A stretch of DNA of 63,729 bases, filler included, from Reclinomonas americana ATCC 50394 (lineage: Eukaryota): assembly GCA_048213135.1 (NCBI GenBank). It is 4 parts of 3 records of this genome, joined end to end, with 100 filler letters (N's around TTAATTAATTAA, not from the genome) between each part and the next. Parts side by side here need not be neighbours in the genome. Positions count along the whole stretch, not along the records: positions 57,878 to 63,729 come from PS015646.1; 3 more parts are not named here. The stretch is one strand, 5' to 3'. Under the pieces are notes generated by a model, which saw only the letters and a list, made by a program, of their open reading frames with translations, did no database searches and had not been told where the DNA came from. The position numbers were made by a program, and so were the translations under genes. Below are positions 60,664-63,729 of this stretch, one piece after another (the first letter of the stretch is position 1; each line of letters starts with the position of its first letter).

Positions 60664-62248
60664 GCGTGACGGAAATCTGCGGGCACGAGTGCGTGTGAGA
60701 GAGAAGGTGGAGGAAGAGAGTGGAGGAGGCGGACCGAACGATACCTTTGTCGATTACACAACATGAGTACGCGGTGGTGAAAGGAGGGGGGTTTACCTTC
60801 TCTCTCTCTCACTCAACAACGGGTGATTAATCAACTGGGCTCAATCAGAGGAGGACAAGTTGCAGAACCAAAAACCGCTGGAGGCGAACATCTTGTGCAA
60901 ATTGAGCAGCAACTGCCCTGCGCTGCCTTCACCTGCCGTTGTTAGAGAGGAGCACTAATAATAGACAGTGGTCTGATTCGCTGTGCGCCGTGTGTCTCTG
61001 TGTGTCTCTGTGCGTGTGTGCGTCTGTGTGTGTGAGCGCGCCAACTCTTCTCTCGTCTTTTGATGCAAAGTTCGGCAATCTTGTCCGGATTTGGCCAACG
61101 GTCGCTGGCAAAGCTTGATGCAATTGCAAATGCATCAGTGGAGTGGCGGAGAAATAGAGAAGCACGCGCAGGTGAATGGGTGAGGGTGGAGCATGCAGCG
61201 AGTAGCGAGCAACGGAAACACGGCGAATGGCAACTTGGCGAATTCCACCGACATCAACAACAGTTCGTCCACCAGCTTGCAGGTGACAGCCGATGTGCTC
61301 CCCTCGATGGTAGCATCGAGACACACCCGCACCGGCCCTGGCGGCGGCGACACGATTTTGTGTGGGTGAGAGTGCAGCGTGTTCGATATCGGAACTTTGA
61401 CAGCGAGAACTGAGCATGCAACAACTACAACACCCTTTCTAATCCAAACGGCAACACAGCTGCATGATGATCACCATCTTGAGTGAGCACCAGAAACTCA
61501 GACATCACGGTGAAAACGAGAAAAAGTCGACTGCAAGTGAAACCACGCAGCGGCTCATGACAAGCATGGATTAGATGCTCTGCAGCGGGAGGACCAGTGG
61601 CTGTGATGCACAGTGCACCCTCTTCTGCAGGTGTACGCCCTCCACTCTCTGCCGAAGGCCAAACCAGGGACGGATCCGGACCACTTTTACGACAACATCC
61701 TTTTCTCTGTCTTCGCGTCTCTCTGTCTCTCTCTTTGTTTGTCTGTCTGTATGACATGATCGTTTGCATTTGCGGCATTGACGGCGGTGCTCTCTGCACG
61801 CGATTCGACAACGCGGAGCGCATATGCATTGCAGGCGCATGCGCAGCGCTAGCTGCGGCTGCGGGTCCAACATCTTGTTTCAGCGCATGCAAGAACGGAT
61901 TCGGTCTCAAGCTGCAGGTGGTGGCTTGCTGTTCCGGGTATGAATGGACTGCTCCATGACGACAGCACTGCACTGTAGTTTCGCAAGCTTGTCGTCTTCT
62001 CGATGTCGCGATCGATTTTGTCGTGTTTTGTTTCGTCATGCAATCGGAAAGTCGTCTAATCATGGTGCTTCTGCCCCATGCCGCGCGCCACAGAGAGAGT
62101 TGTCAGTGACCATAGCATGCGCACCACGCCTCTCAGCGTCTCAGCCGTCAACTCGACCGTCGCTCTTGTCAGTCCGATTTTGGGCCGTGTTGCCGGCAAG
62201 TTTGCCGGATTTCATCATTTCTTTTTGCACAACCAGAGAGCGAAGGCC

Positions 62249-63226
62249 ATGACACACCGCACGATGTATGCAGCGGCACCGTCTGAGACAACAGCGCGTC
62301 CGCCGATCAGCTGCGAGACGCCAGCGAACGTCGTCGACCCGCGTGTCGCGCAAGAGTACGCCAGACTGGTCGCCGATTTGAACCAGCGCGACCTATTGCA
62401 CAGCAAGGCGACACGGATGGCGAGCAGCCTGGCTGCGCTGCGAGATCTAGAGATGGAGGGCAGTGTGCCGGGTGCGGTGCAGCAGAGCATCGCACGAGAG
62501 AGCCAAGGGATTGCCCAGTTGCTGAACCAGCGAGACAAGCTGGCGAAGTCGATTGCCAGTCGCGAGAAGGAGTTGCTGGCGTTCATCTCCCGATCGCGAT
62601 CGTCGACTGCGTGCCCAGCGGACGCACATGGTCGCGAGGGGACAGCCGCTACGTCCCTCGAGGTCGATGGCGGTGGCCACCGCGTCCGAGTTGTCCGCCG
62701 GTATCCGCAGGCGCAACGCGGCGACGACGCTCCTGCAGCTGACTCTGCGACCGACATATATGCTCAGAGGCACGCATCCCGCGCATATGGCGCCCCAGGC
62801 AGGTGGGAGCTTGTACCTCGGGTGGACCACAACCGCGCCATGCACGCGCAACGAGACAACGCCGGCAACTGGGTACATGTGGACCCAGCAGGCCCTCTGG
62901 ATTCTCATGATCATGCAAGCGCACAACCGGCCGAGGCACCGGCGCCTCCGCAGCCCGGGGCGTCGTTCATGCCGGCGTACCTCATGGCGAGGACGTATCC
63001 CGCGGCCGAGCCTGGATCTGCAGCAGCAGCACCGCCGCCACCGCCACCGTCATTGGCGGCACACTACTACGCGTACGCACCGGTCGTGCCTTCACCGCAC
63101 GCATACATGTCGTACCAACATATGTCGCACTGGGTGCCACCTCCGGAGCCAGCAGACGTCCGTACAGCTCCACCAGCTGCAACCCCGCTGTTGCAGCCGG
63201 AGAACTTGATGGAGGACGTGGAGTAG
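62249..63226 (+). CDS. Hypothetical protein with coiled-coil N-half and Pro/Ala/Tyr-rich C-half, single exon
   Basis: 325-codon open frame from ATG 62249 with coding-like composition; no recognisable domain. Confidence 0.6.
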   Translation: MTHRTMYAAAPSETTARPPISCETPANVVDPRVAQEYARLVADLNQRDLLHSKATRMASSLAALRDLEMEGSVPGAVQQSIARESQGIAQLLNQRDKLAKSIASREKELLAFISRSRSSTACPADAHGREGTAATSLEVDGGGHRVRVVRRYPQAQRGDDAPAADSATDIYAQRHASRAYGAPGRWELVPRVDHNRAMHAQRDNAGNWVHVDPAGPLDSHDHASAQPAEAPAPPQPGASFMPAYLMARTYPAAEPGSAAAAPPPPPPSLAAHYYAYAPVVPSPHAYMSYQHMSHWVPPPEPADVRTAPPAATPLLQPENLMEDVE

Positions 63227-63556
63227 AAGTATGATCTCGAACACATACAACGATAATGTACAATTGCAAGTGATGTAGACACTCAGCCATTGTTGAGGCA
63301 CATGCATCCACAAAAGCAAAGCGACAGAAAGCTGATCATGCAAGGAAAAAAAGGTCATTCCCGACAAACAGGACAAGTCCACTGACAGCTTTTTTCTCTC
63401 ACTCTCTCTCTCGTGTGTGCAAGTCATGCGGCCTTCTGCATGGCTCTCACTGACTCTGCTCGTCTTCATCGCTGGCACTCTGCTCAAGTTGCTTTTGGTG
63501 AACACATAGTTGCGTGGAGACAACTAACACTCAATGTACACGTGTTTGTGTGAGTA

Positions 63557-63615
<59 letters not shown>

Positions 63616-63729
63616 AGGATCAGTGCTGCACATTCTTCTCTCACACCAATGCATTCAAGAGAGAGTGAGAATGCATACATCTTTTCTTCTCTTCCTCTCT
63701 CTCCCTTCTTTTCTCTCTCTCTCTCTCTC

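Noticed and set aside
60929..62063. Several overlapping ORFs
   Set aside because: Coding strand and frame could not be determined.
1..63729. Stop-codon reassignment (TAA/TAG = Gln)
   Set aside because: MCM7 ends at TAA at the expected position, and long exons contain no in-frame TAA/TAG.

Overview
Intron-rich, microsatellite-rich eukaryotic draft scaffold (probably a protist; organism not identifiable from sequence alone), with many N-gaps and artificial TTAATTAATTAA linkers. It uses the standard genetic code. Gene models were spliced by hand. In order: 3' end of a HECT-like E3 ligase; an F-box/LRR/helical-repeat protein; NLR1, a STAND-NTPase + ~24 TPR gene; a WD40 protein; two intronless 4-TM paralogs; nicalin; a large secreted FN3/NHL/cadherin-like/PAN protein; two paralogous transglutaminase-like + EF-hand + CaaX genes flanking NLR2 (HEPN-STAND-TPR-CaaX); the 3' end of MCM7; a secreted SUEL-lectin/coiled-coil protein; and a Pro-rich ORF. 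Three highlights. (1) A candidate membrane-anchored immune cluster: the HEPN-RNase NLR and both flanking transglutaminase-like proteins all end in C-A-C-a-a-X, and a paralogous NLR has an in-frame loss of the HEPN effector. (2) A very frequent register-shifted 5' splice-site class (GTTGCGT/GTTGAGT). (3) Two TPR-bearing contigs are inverted in the scaffold, and flipping them restores three genes. Domain names come from motif recognition, not database searches.
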